From an uncultured Planctomycetaceae bacterium (GTDB lineage: Bacteria; Planctomycetota; Planctomycetia; Planctomycetales; Planctomycetaceae): 64,000 bases of DNA. Below the pieces are notes generated by a model. The model did not search any database and was not told the DNA's origin. It worked only from the letters and a program-made list of their open reading frames with translations. Every line of letters starts with the position of its first letter. Within the stretch, counting starts at the first letter, position 1. A program made the position numbers and the translations under genes. This document shows positions 1 through 10,690 of this stretch, one piece after another. The stretch is taken from the NCBI GenBank assembly GCA_963976765.1, contig CAXBME010000010.1:1-64000 (forward strand), given 5' to 3'.

Positions 1-388
1 ACTCAGATTCATCCATTCCGTGGAACCCGAACTTTGCCCTCTGACGAAGCACTAGGGTCGCTGTTTGTGGCCAACCACTGCGCCAACTGGGCTCGCTCTT
101 CCGGTGTCCACCAGTTATGGGCCAACGCAGCGTCCGACTACTCGTCCGGAGTGGGGTTGCAGGATGCAATTCCGATTGTGAACTCCTATTGCATTCGAAT
201 AAAAGACTTGGCGTTCTACGACCTTTCTTGAATTAACACCGAGCAAGCTTCCGATTTCCGGCGGATTATTCTGCAGCGTGGCCCGCTTGCCAATGCGATT
301 GAGTGCGTATCGCTGGTGGTCGTCGATGATAAAAACCGCCGTCACCTTCTGAAAACAGCGACAGGTGCTGCGTTACCCCGGCGCTGGC

Positions 389-865
389 TCATTTCGCGGT
401 TTCGATGGGTTCGTACTGATCGTTCAGACGTTCCAGGGCGTCGGCGGGGTTCATGTTGAAGAGGGCTCGTCCGCCGGTTCCCCAGCTGCCGTCTTTGTAG
501 TGGAATAAGGCCGCTGCATCACGAACAGTGCTGACGGCGGCGACGTCTTCCATGTCGCCGCCTTCGACGGCTTCAAAGCGAATCTCGACGGCGGCAAAGG
601 CCGTGAGTAATCCGCTTTCCACTTCGCGACCAAAGGTCACGCGGTCCAGCCAGTCGCAATCGAGCCAGCGGAGATCCCGCGGTTTACCCAGTCGGCTGGC
701 GATGTCGAAAAACTTTGCTTCAAGCTGCTCACGCTGAGTTCGGAACTTCTGAATGGCTGTTTCTGCTTCGCGTTTCTGCAGAGCCTTTAACAGCGGCTGT
801 CCGACGACAAGGATCAGAACGATAGCGGCGATCAGGATTCCGAGACCGATTAAGAAATACGTCAT
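389..865 (-). CDS. Conserved hypothetical protein with N-terminal membrane anchor
   Basis: 158-aa ORF with a hydrophobic N-terminus (FLIGLGILIAAIVLILVVG); starts 14 nt after the hpt stop, so probably co-transcribed. Confidence 0.75.
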   Translation of the reverse strand: MTYFLIGLGILIAAIVLILVVGQPLLKALQKREAETAIQKFRTQREQLEAKFFDIASRLGKPRDLRWLDCDWLDRVTFGREVESGLLTAFAAVEIRFEAVEGGDMEDVAAVSTVRDAAALFHYKDGSWGTGGRALFNMNPADALERLNDQYEPIETAK

Positions 866-879
866 TTGGCTTGTGCCTG

Positions 880-1401
880 TTAAAGATCAGCTTCGTCCAG
901 AGCTTCGATAAACGGGAGGTGACGGTAGTCGTCGTTGTAGTCCAGTCCGTAGCCAACGACGAACGCGTCCGGAATCCTGAAACCGAAAAAGTCCGGCTTC
1001 ATTTCGACTTCGGACCGCCCTTCTTTCACGAGAAGCGCGGCAGTCCGAACGCTGGCCGGTTCGCGACTGTGGAGAGCGGAAACCAGTTTCTCCATCGTGT
1101 TTCCGGTGTCGAAAATGTCGTCGATCATCAGGACATCGCGCCCCCGAATATCCGGCAGCAATCCCAGCTCGACAGTCAATTCTCCCGGCCTTGTCGTCGC
1201 GCCTCGATAGCTGGATGCCTGAACGACTCCGATGCGATGCGGCACGTCGATGGCTCGAACAAGGTCCGCCATAAACAGCATGCATCCGGTGAGAGCACCA
1301 ATCACGGTCAGATCCTTCCCTCGATAGAGGTTGGAAATCTCGGTGCCCAGCGCATGAACACGCTGCTGGATTTCGTGCTGTTCGATCAGACGGCGCATCA
1401 C
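880..1401 (-). CDS. hpt: Hypoxanthine phosphoribosyltransferase
   Basis: PRPP-binding motif VLMIDDIFDTGNT, SSYRG loop and FVVGYGLDY motif; start is GTG 1401 or ATG 1398. Confidence 0.95.
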   Translation of the reverse strand: MMRRLIEQHEIQQRVHALGTEISNLYRGKDLTVIGALTGCMLFMADLVRAIDVPHRIGVVQASSYRGATTRPGELTVELGLLPDIRGRDVLMIDDIFDTGNTMEKLVSALHSREPASVRTAALLVKEGRSEVEMKPDFFGFRIPDAFVVGYGLDYNDDYRHLPFIEALDEADL

Positions 1402-1602
1402 ACCCGCTCGTTAAAACTGCCCGGAACTGAGTAGCGGGAAAGAATACCCGGATCACGGCCGCGAATCACCCACGACAAGGCAAGTCCTGTGATCGTCCAG
1501 CCGGTACTGCTTCGACAGGTTTTGACCGGTCCGCTAATCTCCGTCGATCGATAATTGCGGGACGGCTCCGCCGGACATTCATTCAGCTGTTGAGTACCCA
1601 CG

Positions 1603-2481
1603 ATGCGAATTGCTGACGTTTACAGAGAACTGCCTTTCGGTCTTTCAATCGAAATTTTCCCGCCCAAGACTCCCGCTGGCGACGAGGCTCTGTTCGCGAC
1701 GCTCGAACAGGCATCGCATTGGAATCCTGCTTTTATTTCCTGTACCTATGGAGCTGGCGGCAGCACTCGACACCGCACGATCGATCTGTGTTCGAAAATT
1801 CAGAACGATTTCGACATTCCGGCGACAGCCCATTTCACCTGTGTGGGTTCCACGCGGGAAGAGTTGCTGGAGTGGCTGGAGCAGGCCCATTCGTCGGGAA
1901 TCAGTAACATCATGGCACTGCGAGGCGACCCGCCGGCTGGCGAAGAACAGTTCGTCAAGGTCGATGGCGGGCTGCAATATGCGAATGAACTTGTAACGCT
2001 GATCACCGAGAATTTTCCGGACCTGGGCATTGGTGTCGCCGGGTATCCCGAAAAGCACCCGGAAGCACGTAACCTGGAAGTGGACCTTGAGAACCTGAAA
2101 CGAAAGGTCAACGCAGGGGCCGACGCGGTGTTCACGCAGCTCTTCTACGATAACGACAGCTTTCTGCGATTCCGCGAAGACTGCGAAGAAGTCGGAATTG
2201 AAGTGCCAATCATCCCAGGCATCATGCCAATCACCGAGTTCACACGAATCAAGCGGATCACGTCCATGTGCGGTTCTGAGATTCCTCCGGAACTGTTCTC
2301 GAAGCTGGAAGCCGCGCAGGACGACAGCGATGCGCAGTTCAGGATCGGTGTCGAATTCGCCATCCAGCAATGTCAGGATCTGATTTACGAGGGCGTGCCG
2401 GGGATCCACTTTTACGTGCTGAACCGGATGGATGCCTGCGATCAGATTCTCGAAGGCCTCGACCTGCCGACCGATGCCTGA
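1603..2481 (+). CDS. metF: 5,10-methylenetetrahydrofolate reductase
   Basis: Motifs [45 protein letters not shown] and GIHFYVLN. Confidence 0.95.
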   Translation: MRIADVYRELPFGLSIEIFPPKTPAGDEALFATLEQASHWNPAFISCTYGAGGSTRHRTIDLCSKIQNDFDIPATAHFTCVGSTREELLEWLEQAHSSGISNIMALRGDPPAGEEQFVKVDGGLQYANELVTLITENFPDLGIGVAGYPEKHPEARNLEVDLENLKRKVNAGADAVFTQLFYDNDSFLRFREDCEEVGIEVPIIPGIMPITEFTRIKRITSMCGSEIPPELFSKLEAAQDDSDAQFRIGVEFAIQQCQDLIYEGVPGIHFYVLNRMDACDQILEGLDLPTDA

Positions 2482-2542
2482 GCCATTGGACCAACCACTG
2501 CACAACGTTGATCACGAGAGACAATGTCGATCACGACGAAAA

Positions 2543-5500
2543 TCACTGTGTAACGTCGACGGAACTGATTGTCGGCCAGTGTGAAAAACCAACCAGCTCG
2601 TTGCCCGTTTTGACGATGAAATGGTCCGCCTGGATATCGATATCATCGACGTCGACGGGCGAGTCGAACCGAAGACGTTGAATCAGTTCACCAGTCGCAG
2701 CATCGAGAACGGCAATCGTTGAAGACGCCGGTGCGTTGGCCCCGCGGTTCTGATTGGCTGATGACCGAATGCAGATCAATCTGCCGCCCGAGTGTTTGAG
2801 AGTCCATTCTTCTGACCCCAGATACCGCTCCCAGTTCATCGCTCCGTCATCCAGTGAGAACGACCGAACGACTCGGTCGGACGCTACGAACAGCGTGTCG
2901 GAAACCATTTCGGTTCTCTGAGGAATTCGGACCAACGGCGTCGCGCTAACAGGGCGACGCCATAAGGGAGCACCGGTTTCTGAGTTGATCCGCGTCGCGA
3001 ACTGACGACCGTCAACGACCACCACCGCTGAGCCATTGGTCAGAATTTCCTGCTCCCCTGGCGAGGTTGCTGACGCTTTGTACGTCCACTGAATGCCGAG
3101 TTCCGCCAACTGAGTCGCTCGCACACGATATTCAGAATCCACTCCGGCTATCACAGTTCTGGATGGAATTCCGTCGGAAGGATGTTCCAGCAGTGACGCT
3201 GCGGTGAAGGGCAGGGAGCCTTGACGAATCAATCGCCCATCGGCCAGATCAAGCAGGCCATAGTCAGGTGATCCTGCCGGGCGAAACAGTAACCGACTAA
3301 ATCCAAACGTCGACGCAGCGGGAAATCGCACGGCGGCTGGTCCTGCGGCGGCTCTGGCCGTCGACGGCCAGCTCCACAATGCCTCGCCGGATCCAGAATG
3401 CAGCGCAACGACGTGTGAATCGTTCATTGCCAGAAAGCGATCACTGCCTTCGACCGTTCGAATGTGAACCTCACCAGAATCTTCATCGCCAGAGACGTGA
3501 CGCCAGGCCAGCCGACCATCTTGAAGATTCCGAGCGACAATTCCCGACAATCCAGCGAACGCGAGCACGTTTCCAGAAACTGTAACCTCACTGAATGGCT
3601 CGGAAATGCTGACAGACCATCGCTCGCCCCCACTGCCGGAGTCGATTAACTGTAAAACAGATGCGTTAATGACCACCGTTCCTGTCGTCTGCGTGCGCGA
3701 CGTTCGATCGGGAAACCAGACGGTCGAGCCACTCGGCAATGCTGTTCGCCAAGCTCGCCGAACAGGCCAGAGGTCGGGCGAATCCATTTGAGAGGGTGTT
3801 GCCTGCAAGGAAACCTGCAGAAGAGGTCGCGGTGCAGCGTCTGCTTTTTTCTGGTGAAAGGCGACGCGTTCAATGTTGGCAGACAGGGCGGCAGTGGCAA
3901 TCGGAGCGAGGCGGAAGTTATCAGCACGATCGATCGTCACCCCTGCCTTGTCCGTCGATGGCAGAGTCTGCGGCGAGGTTAACATGTCGCTTGAGGGGAA
4001 ACCGTCGAAACTCGCACTACCCGGCAACGTGCCTGAAGGCTGGACTGGTTGTTTCACTCTTTCGTTCAAGCTGCTGGCCGCTCCCAGCACGACGAGGCCG
4101 TCCGGCTGAGCAATCAACAACCTTCCGTCAGCGACGACCAGGTTACCGCCGAGCTGCTGAAAGTCTTCGCGCAGTCGAATTCGACCGACGACGTTTCCCC
4201 GCCGATGATCAATGCGAAGAATTTCGTCGCGAGTTGGCCAGTAAAGAAAATCATGAGTCAGGGCGGGACGGCCGTAACCTCTTCCCGCCGGATCGGCAAA
4301 ACCGATGCGTTGCGGCCAGGCAGCTGCGCCCGTTCCGGCGTCGACAGCCCAGATCGATTGCCCGCAGAGAATCAGTCGACCGTCGACAACCCCAACGATG
4401 TGCAGGATCTGATCGGGATACTGTTGCCTCCAGACCGGTTGACCGGTCGCCGCGTCGAGGGCGTAAACCAGATTGGAATCGTCCGGCGCAGCGTAGACAA
4501 CGCCTTGATGATAGACACACGGGACGAGTCCGTGCCGACGCGGGTCGCTGAGTTCGTGCGGCGTGTCGACGCCCGTCGACTGGTAAGTGATCACCCACAG
4601 AATTCGCCCGGTTGTCGCATTGAGCGCCGCCACCGCACCGGTGCCCGTTGCCAGAAAGAGTCGACCGTCGCCAAGCGTCAGCAGGTTCTGCCCGATCAGA
4701 TTGAAACGGTCGCTGGCGACTTTCAAACTCGCGCAGACTTTGCGTTTCCAGAGCAACCGACTTGAGTTGGCATCGAAGCAGGCAACCAGCGTTTCGTCTT
4801 CCGGGAACCCTTTTCGGGCACTGACATAAACTCGGCCATCGGAAACAAGCGGCGATCCTTCGAAACTCCACGACGTCGCTTCTGGAGATTCCGCCTCTGT
4901 ATCGAGCACGTCTGACGTCACATGAAAGACCAGTTCTCCTTCTCGCTGAGCGACGTCCAGGCCGACGATCTCAGAAAACGAGTTGCCTTCATTACGCGAT
5001 CGGCGCATGACTGGCGGCCCCATCCGCGCGTAAAGCCGCCCTTCGCTCAGGCAAAGCGAGTACCACGCCATCCCGGCTGACGGAAGGTGAGGAGTGATCG
5101 GTCGCTCCAGAATGTTCGAGTAGATCGCCCCATCATCGCTTTCGTCGATAGCCCATTTCGGGCGACCGCTCGACAGTTCGAAAGCAAAAACAGAGTCCGT
5201 TCCGCAAACGAAAACGGCATCATGATCCACCAGCGGAAAGAACGGCGGTGAATCATCAGCATTCAAAGACGCGCGCGACGGCGGACCCTGAAACCGGTTT
5301 CGCGGAATGCTCTGTCGCCAGATCAGCTGCTCGGCTCGTGGAACCGGTCCCGGCTGACCACTTCGGTTCAGACTCCCTCCGGGCACGGTCCTGGCCGGAG
5401 CGAACCGTTCCTCATCAGCCCATCGCGCCGACTCTTGCAGAACCTCGGCAAGGATTTCGACGAGAAGACCCGAGCGACCGGCCAGTGTTCCCTGAGCGTT

Positions 5501-6283
5501 GGCAATCTCGGCTCGGCACACAGCCAGTTCGTTTTCTGCGCGAACGTTGTCGCCTTCAAAAATCGAACACAGAACCAGCCGCGACAGAACGTCGCCTCGA
5601 CTTGCTGAGGGATCCGGGTGTGCCAGGTAACTCGGTGGTGGAAGCGCTGCCGAGCGGTCTTCAACGGTTGCGCCATTAGCAGAGTTCAGCTTCGGGGCGA
5701 CCGACGGCACCAGCAGTGACCAGTAATGCCTGGCCAGAGCAAAACGCCCCTGCTCGAAAGCCAGTTCCCCCAGCAGCCACAACGCATCGTCCCCAACGGA
5801 GCTGTTAAAAGCCGAATTAACGATTCGCAGCAGCGGCGTTTCATCAAGTGACTGTTGTCCGGCGGCCAGCCATTCTTTCGCCTGAGCGTCTACGCGGTTG
5901 CGATATGCGGTCAGACCGATGTTGGGAAACTGAGAGATTAACAGGTGGCAGTAGTCAGCCGTGTTGGAATACCGACCCGGCTCGATCGGAATCAGCGTGT
6001 CGCCGCTGGAATCGATCAGCTCCTGCAGAATCGAAGCCGCCGTTTCCCACTGCCCCTCAATGATGTGCTCGCGAGCGGTTTCCAGCCTCTTGACGACCTG
6101 CGTTTCGACGTCGACAGAAACTGCTTCACGAAACGTCGAGGAAAGTCCTTGAGCCGTGGCGATGGATAATTCGTCAGCCTGGAAAACAAGCAACATTGAC
6201 CACGCCATCGCGACGTTTCGGCAATGATTCAATTTGCCTCGTCGAGTTTCCGACTCATGCCTTCTCACGAAGTTGGGTTCCAA
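2543..6283 (-). CDS. Large secreted protein: TPR-like N-terminus plus PQQ-like (BamB-type) beta-propeller repeats
   Basis: Repeated 'A(L/F)DAxTGxxxW' blades, an SFEGSPLV motif and a helical N-terminal part (DDALWLLGELAFEQG). The real start is probably downstream (e.g. ATG 6208) because TTG 6283 overlaps the upstream small gene. Confidence 0.85.
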   Translation of the reverse strand: MEPNFVRRHESETRRGKLNHCRNVAMAWSMLLVFQADELSIATAQGLSSTFREAVSVDVETQVVKRLETAREHIIEGQWETAASILQELIDSSGDTLIPIEPGRYSNTADYCHLLISQFPNIGLTAYRNRVDAQAKEWLAAGQQSLDETPLLRIVNSAFNSSVGDDALWLLGELAFEQGRFALARHYWSLLVPSVAPKLNSANGATVEDRSAALPPPSYLAHPDPSASRGDVLSRLVLCSIFEGDNVRAENELAVCRAEIANAQGTLAGRSGLLVEILAEVLQESARWADEERFAPARTVPGGSLNRSGQPGPVPRAEQLIWRQSIPRNRFQGPPSRASLNADDSPPFFPLVDHDAVFVCGTDSVFAFELSSGRPKWAIDESDDGAIYSNILERPITPHLPSAGMAWYSLCLSEGRLYARMGPPVMRRSRNEGNSFSEIVGLDVAQREGELVFHVTSDVLDTEAESPEATSWSFEGSPLVSDGRVYVSARKGFPEDETLVACFDANSSRLLWKRKVCASLKVASDRFNLIGQNLLTLGDGRLFLATGTGAVAALNATTGRILWVITYQSTGVDTPHELSDPRRHGLVPCVYHQGVVYAAPDDSNLVYALDAATGQPVWRQQYPDQILHIVGVVDGRLILCGQSIWAVDAGTGAAAWPQRIGFADPAGRGYGRPALTHDFLYWPTRDEILRIDHRRGNVVGRIRLREDFQQLGGNLVVADGRLLIAQPDGLVVLGAASSLNERVKQPVQPSGTLPGSASFDGFPSSDMLTSPQTLPSTDKAGVTIDRADNFRLAPIATAALSANIERVAFHQKKADAAPRPLLQVSLQATPSQMDSPDLWPVRRAWRTALPSGSTVWFPDRTSRTQTTGTVVINASVLQLIDSGSGGERWSVSISEPFSEVTVSGNVLAFAGLSGIVARNLQDGRLAWRHVSGDEDSGEVHIRTVEGSDRFLAMNDSHVVALHSGSGEALWSWPSTARAAAGPAAVRFPAASTFGFSRLLFRPAGSPDYGLLDLADGRLIRQGSLPFTAASLLEHPSDGIPSRTVIAGVDSEYRVRATQLAELGIQWTYKASATSPGEQEILTNGSAVVVVDGRQFATRINSETGAPLWRRPVSATPLVRIPQRTEMVSDTLFVASDRVVRSFSLDDGAMNWERYLGSEEWTLKHSGGRLICIRSSANQNRGANAPASSTIAVLDAATGELIQRLRFDSPVDVDDIDIQADHFIVKTGNELVGFSHWPTISSVDVTQ

Positions 6284-6422
6284 TCCAGAACACAGCGAAA
6301 CCGATCACCGTACAAACCGGCATGACAATCAGTCTGAATCCAAAATTCAGTTGATACAGAATAATCAGCGGGAGAAACGCCATCGCGCAGATCTGAAGCA
6401 GAATACCAAGGTGATGCAGCAT
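6255..6422 (-). CDS. Small 55-aa two-TM membrane protein (not in ORF track)
   Basis: Manual translation gives MLHHLGILLQICAMAFLPLIILYQLNFGFRLIVMPVCTVIGFAVFWIGTQLREKA*, with two hydrophobic helices; it fills an otherwise empty gap on the same strand as its neighbours. Confidence 0.7.
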   Translation of the reverse strand: MLHHLGILLQICAMAFLPLIILYQLNFGFRLIVMPVCTVIGFAVFWIGTQLREKA

Positions 6423-6677
6423 TGTCAGAAGTTCCGCGTCAAGTTCATGAAGACTCGTGAAAACAGGAACTGGCCACAGGCTCTGCGTGCCGGTCCGGGT
6501 AACATTCTGGTCGTTTGGCGGACAAATTATCGACAGATTAACCGAGAATTAGTGTTCGACAGCTTTTCTGATCTGACGCAAAGCCGCACAGAAGCGACGT
6601 TTCGCAAAGGAATTACGAGCCAATCTTTGCAAACCTCTGCGGCGTAGAGACTTTGCCTCCGACTTGTCACTCAGGCA

Positions 6678-7574
6678 CTATTCTGCGAGACGATTGCCAA
6701 GGTGTTTCGCAAAAAAACGTTCGACAAGTTCGATCCGATTTGCATCGTAAAACTGAGGACCGCCGTGAGCACCTCCGTGAACGACTTCGAGGTCCGCCGT
6801 TAACCCCAGTTCTTTGTAACGACCGTGCAGTTCGTGTGACTGATTGATTGGAACCTGCGGATCCTGATCGCCATGAATCATCAACAGCGGCGGATCGTCC
6901 CTGTCGACATGAAAAACCGGGCTGGCCAGTTTAGCGAGTACCATGTTCTCTTCCGGCTGCGAACCCAGCAGAAGCTGTAACGCCGGGACGCGAACGCTCA
7001 GTCCATGCGGAGTGGACTGTTTGAGAATCGTCAGAAAGTTTGTGGGGCCGTAGTAGTCGACGACTGCCTGCACCGAGGACGACTGATCAGGATGCTCGCC
7101 GACCGCCCCTTCGAGTTTGGGATGTCCGTTCGTGACGCCGATTTCAGCGACGAGATGCCCGCCAGCTGACGAGCCGGCGAGGCCAATCCGCAACGCGTCG
7201 TATCCGTACTGTTTTCCGTTGGCTCGTAGAAATCGAATCGCCGCTTTGCAATCGTGAACCTGCGCGGGAAATCTGGCCACCGGCGAGAGCCGATAATCCA
7301 CACTGGCGATCGCAAAGCCGCGATGGACAAGCTCGCCAAGCGGCATACTGTCTTTCGAACCAGCCCGCCACGCTCCACCATGAATCCAGACGACCAGCGA
7401 CGGAGAAGTCGCACCGACCGGTTGATACAGATCAAGTTTGAGCGAGTGGCCATCCACTTTCGCAAACTCAATGTCGCGAGCGATCTGAATCTCGAAACGA
7501 TCTTCCGCGATTGCAGCGGACGATGCAGCAATGGTGAGAGACAAAACGGTGAGACTCCACAGGCACAACCGCAT
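6678..7574 (-). CDS. Secreted alpha/beta hydrolase (carboxylesterase/BD-FAE-like)
   Basis: Signal peptide, HGGAW oxyanion motif, GSSAG nucleophile elbow, HGDQD Asp and AHGG His. Confidence 0.9.
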   Translation of the reverse strand: MRLCLWSLTVLSLTIAASSAAIAEDRFEIQIARDIEFAKVDGHSLKLDLYQPVGATSPSLVVWIHGGAWRAGSKDSMPLGELVHRGFAIASVDYRLSPVARFPAQVHDCKAAIRFLRANGKQYGYDALRIGLAGSSAGGHLVAEIGVTNGHPKLEGAVGEHPDQSSSVQAVVDYYGPTNFLTILKQSTPHGLSVRVPALQLLLGSQPEENMVLAKLASPVFHVDRDDPPLLMIHGDQDPQVPINQSHELHGRYKELGLTADLEVVHGGAHGGPQFYDANRIELVERFFAKHLGNRLAE

Positions 7575-7612
7575 GGCGTGGCTCCTCTTGAACGTACAGC
7601 TTCCGCACAGTC

Positions 7613-9427
7613 CTACGACGATCGACGAACCCGTTTTCGATCCGACTCGCGAAGCAGAATCTTTCGCAGACGAATCACTTTCGGCGTAATTTCGACGTAC
7701 TCATCACCCTCGATATATTCCAGAGCTGCCTCGAGAGACATATCGCGAGGCGCCTTCAACACGATGTTTTCGTCCGTGCTGGTGGTTCGGATGTTCGTCA
7801 GTTTTTTCTCTTTGATCGGGTTAACGACCATGTCGTTATCGCGAGCGTTTTCGCCGACGATCATCCCCTCATAAACGTCGTCGCCGGGTGCGACAAACAG
7901 TTCCGATCGCTCCTGCAGTTTGAACAGGGCGAAGCCGACAACACGACCGTCTTCCTGAGAAACAAGAACTCCATTGGCTCGCCTCGGAACGTCGCCTTCG
8001 ATGCGCTGGTAACTGTCAAATCGGTGATGAATGATAGCCTCACCCTTGGTTGCGTTGAGCAATCGAGTTCGCAGACCAATCAAACCTCGAGCTGGAATCG
8101 AGAATTCAAGATGTGTCATGCCGGAGTCGGTGGCCGTCATTTCGAGGACGACGCCTTTGCGGGCACAGGCTGGTTCCATCACAGCGCCGACGAGTTCGGC
8201 AGGCACGTCGACTTCGAGCAATTCGAACGGCTCGTGCCACTTGCCATCAATTTCCTTGCGAATGACTTCAGGTTTACCGACACACAGCTCGTAGCCCTCG
8301 CGCCGCATCGATTCGATCAGAACTGACAGGTGAAGAATTCCTCGACCGGAAACTTTGAACTTATCTTTGTCGTCCGTTTCTTCGACTCGCAGCGCGACGT
8401 TGGATTCCAGTTCCCGCATGAGGCGATCACGAAGATGTCGAGTCGTGACGAACTTGCCATCACGACCGGAGAGCGGACCATCGTTAATCGTAAACGTCAT
8501 CGAAAGAGTCGGGTTGTCGACTTCGATGCGTGGCAGCGCGACCGGGTTATTGACACAGGCGATCGTGTCACCAATGTCCGGGTCGGGCAGACCGATCAGC
8601 GCGACCAGATCACCGGCCTGCGCCTCAGACGCGTCGGTTCGACCAAGCTTGTCGAACACCTGAAGGTTGTCGAGTTTCGCGTTGACTGTCGTCCCGTCGG
8701 CCCGCATCAACGCGACACGGTCTCCAGGGTGCAACTTACCGCTGGCCAGCCGCCCGACAGCAATGCGGCCGAGGTAGTTCGAATACTCAAGCGTTGTGAC
8801 CATCATCTGAACGGGATCGTCCGGCTTGACGAGTGGCCCTGGAATCTTTTCCAGAATCATGTCGAGCAGTTGGCTGATGTTGTCAGTCGTCACGTCCGGG
8901 TCGCTGGTTGCATATCCCTGGCGGGCACTGGCAAAGATGTAGGGAAAGTCGAGCGTTTCATCGTTCGCTCCAAGTTCCACAAACAGGTCAAAGGTTTCGT
9001 CAACGACTGCGTGAGGTCGGCAGTCCTGACGGTCGATCTTGTTAACGACGACGATCGGCTGAAGACCGACTTCGAGCGCTTTTTTCAAAACGTAACGGGT
9101 TTGCGGTCGCGGCCCTTCGAAGGCATCGACAAGGACCAGTGCCCCGTCGGCCATTTGCAGGACGCGTTCAACCTCGCCGCCAAAGTCGGCATGGCCTGGC
9201 GTGTCGATAATGTTGATCTTCACGCCCTTCCACATCACGGCGATGTTTTTGGCGAGAATGGTGATGCCGCGTTCGCGCTCCTGGTCGTTGGAGTCGAGAA
9301 TGCAGTCCTGCGCGAGTTCCGAGTCACGGAACTGACCGCTCTGTTTGAGCAGGCAGTCGACGAGAGTCGTCTTGCCGTGATCGACGTGCGCAATGATGGC
9401 GATGTTTCGGATGTCCTGGCGTCGCAT
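7613..9427 (-). CDS. typA: Translational GTPase TypA/BipA
   Basis: Motifs [40 protein letters not shown] and C-terminal [14 protein letters not shown]; start set at ATG 9427 (MRRQDIRN). Confidence 0.97.
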   Translation of the reverse strand: MRRQDIRNIAIIAHVDHGKTTLVDCLLKQSGQFRDSELAQDCILDSNDQERERGITILAKNIAVMWKGVKINIIDTPGHADFGGEVERVLQMADGALVLVDAFEGPRPQTRYVLKKALEVGLQPIVVVNKIDRQDCRPHAVVDETFDLFVELGANDETLDFPYIFASARQGYATSDPDVTTDNISQLLDMILEKIPGPLVKPDDPVQMMVTTLEYSNYLGRIAVGRLASGKLHPGDRVALMRADGTTVNAKLDNLQVFDKLGRTDASEAQAGDLVALIGLPDPDIGDTIACVNNPVALPRIEVDNPTLSMTFTINDGPLSGRDGKFVTTRHLRDRLMRELESNVALRVEETDDKDKFKVSGRGILHLSVLIESMRREGYELCVGKPEVIRKEIDGKWHEPFELLEVDVPAELVGAVMEPACARKGVVLEMTATDSGMTHLEFSIPARGLIGLRTRLLNATKGEAIIHHRFDSYQRIEGDVPRRANGVLVSQEDGRVVGFALFKLQERSELFVAPGDDVYEGMIVGENARDNDMVVNPIKEKKLTNIRTTSTDENIVLKAPRDMSLEAALEYIEGDEYVEITPKVIRLRKILLRESDRKRVRRSS

Positions 9428-9649
9428 GGGCGGAAGGTGGGCGTCTTTGAGGAAAGGGAGACCTCGCCACGTAGGCAAGAGTCGGAGAGAGTGGTTGCGG
9501 CCTGTCTCGATCAATTCGTTTGGTCGAGTCGAGCAGGGTGACTCTCAAAAGAAAAACAGCTCAGGTCCGCAGACCAGAGCTGTCGGCAAGACAGGCAGTC
9601 TATCAATCCCCTTCGCTGCTAAAAAGTGCCCTTTGCAAATTCCCGGAAG

Positions 9650-10486
9650 TTACAAGCGACTTCCCCGCCGCGCGACAACACCCTCGGACACCGGCGAGAT
9701 GTCGTTTAATTCGCTCTTCTCTTCTGCGAACATCTGCGACTTTTTGATCAACTTTTGAGCGGCTGTCAGTTGATCCGGCGTGAATTCCGGGATGTCCGGC
9801 AGGCTGCCCAGACGACGGAACTTCATACCGGCAAGCTGTTTCCAGCTTTTCTCGCTGGCCATATGCCACGCTGCGGCCTGCGCGACTTTCTGAGAATGCT
9901 CTCCTGCGGCAACGGCAGTCAATAGTACTCGCAATGCCGGATCCCTGCTGAATCGTTCGACCGGGAAGATTCGGTATTCCATTCGTGACGACGGAGTCGG
10001 TCGCCCATGTTCGAGGCAGACTGTTTTGACCGAAATTCTCACGATCTTTCCCGGGGGCACTGAAAAGATTGGGCCCCCCGACTGGCTGCCGGTCGATGCT
10101 CCGCCGCCGGTTACCTGACCACCCTGACTCTGACCGTTGCCCTGGCCATTCTGGTTTCCAAACGGACTGTTGCCATTTCCATTGTTCGGCCCGAAAAAGC
10201 CCTGGTTCAGCACGTGAACACCGACAAACGCTTCCGGCAACTGCACATTGAGCGGCTTTTCACTCTTGTTTTCGATCAACAGGTTTCCGCTGGCTTCGTC
10301 TTTGTGAACAAGTTTCACATCGACCAGCTTCGCTTCCATCGTCTCGAAAAGTGGCACTGCCGGCAGACCTTCAACTGCCTTCTGAGCCGGAATTGCCGGC
10401 TGGCCTGCCTCGGAAACAGCCGCCCAGGCCGCCAGCATCAGGCCGACGGACAACATTTGAAAATGCAGAACACGAGCAAGCGTCAT
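9650..10486 (-). CDS. Conserved hypothetical secreted protein with Gly/Asn/Gln-rich linker
   Basis: Signal peptide, low-complexity GNGQ segment followed by FSVPPGK...VCLEHGRPTP and AQAAAWH motifs that I recognise from planctomycete hypotheticals. Confidence 0.75.
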   Translation of the reverse strand: MTLARVLHFQMLSVGLMLAAWAAVSEAGQPAIPAQKAVEGLPAVPLFETMEAKLVDVKLVHKDEASGNLLIENKSEKPLNVQLPEAFVGVHVLNQGFFGPNNGNGNSPFGNQNGQGNGQSQGGQVTGGGASTGSQSGGPIFSVPPGKIVRISVKTVCLEHGRPTPSSRMEYRIFPVERFSRDPALRVLLTAVAAGEHSQKVAQAAAWHMASEKSWKQLAGMKFRRLGSLPDIPEFTPDQLTAAQKLIKKSQMFAEEKSELNDISPVSEGVVARRGSRL

Positions 10487-10690
10487 CTGAAACTCTCCCG
10501 AAACGAGCCCTGAAATTCATATCCGACCGAATTCGAAAGAACCCGGCGTCGAAACATGGTTGCCCGGACGAAACCCGCGCACCGTCAGTGTTGCGCCGAG
10601 TTTCGTCCTCACAACTCAATCACGAATTCCCGAGCCCCCTCTCCACGAGCATTTCCCGAAAAAACGGACGCATCTCTGGCCGCGTTCGAT

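Noticed and set aside
1..388. Short ORFs 34-231 (+) and 115-345 (-) and small hairpins at the window start
   Set aside because: No RBS or motif support; probably intergenic or leader DNA of a gene outside the window
1402..1602. Possible SAM/SAH riboswitch upstream of metF
   Set aside because: I could not find the conserved cores of SAM-I, SAM-II or SAH aptamers; an Rfam scan would be needed
8330..9541. 403-aa plus-strand ORF
   Set aside because: Antisense shadow of typA
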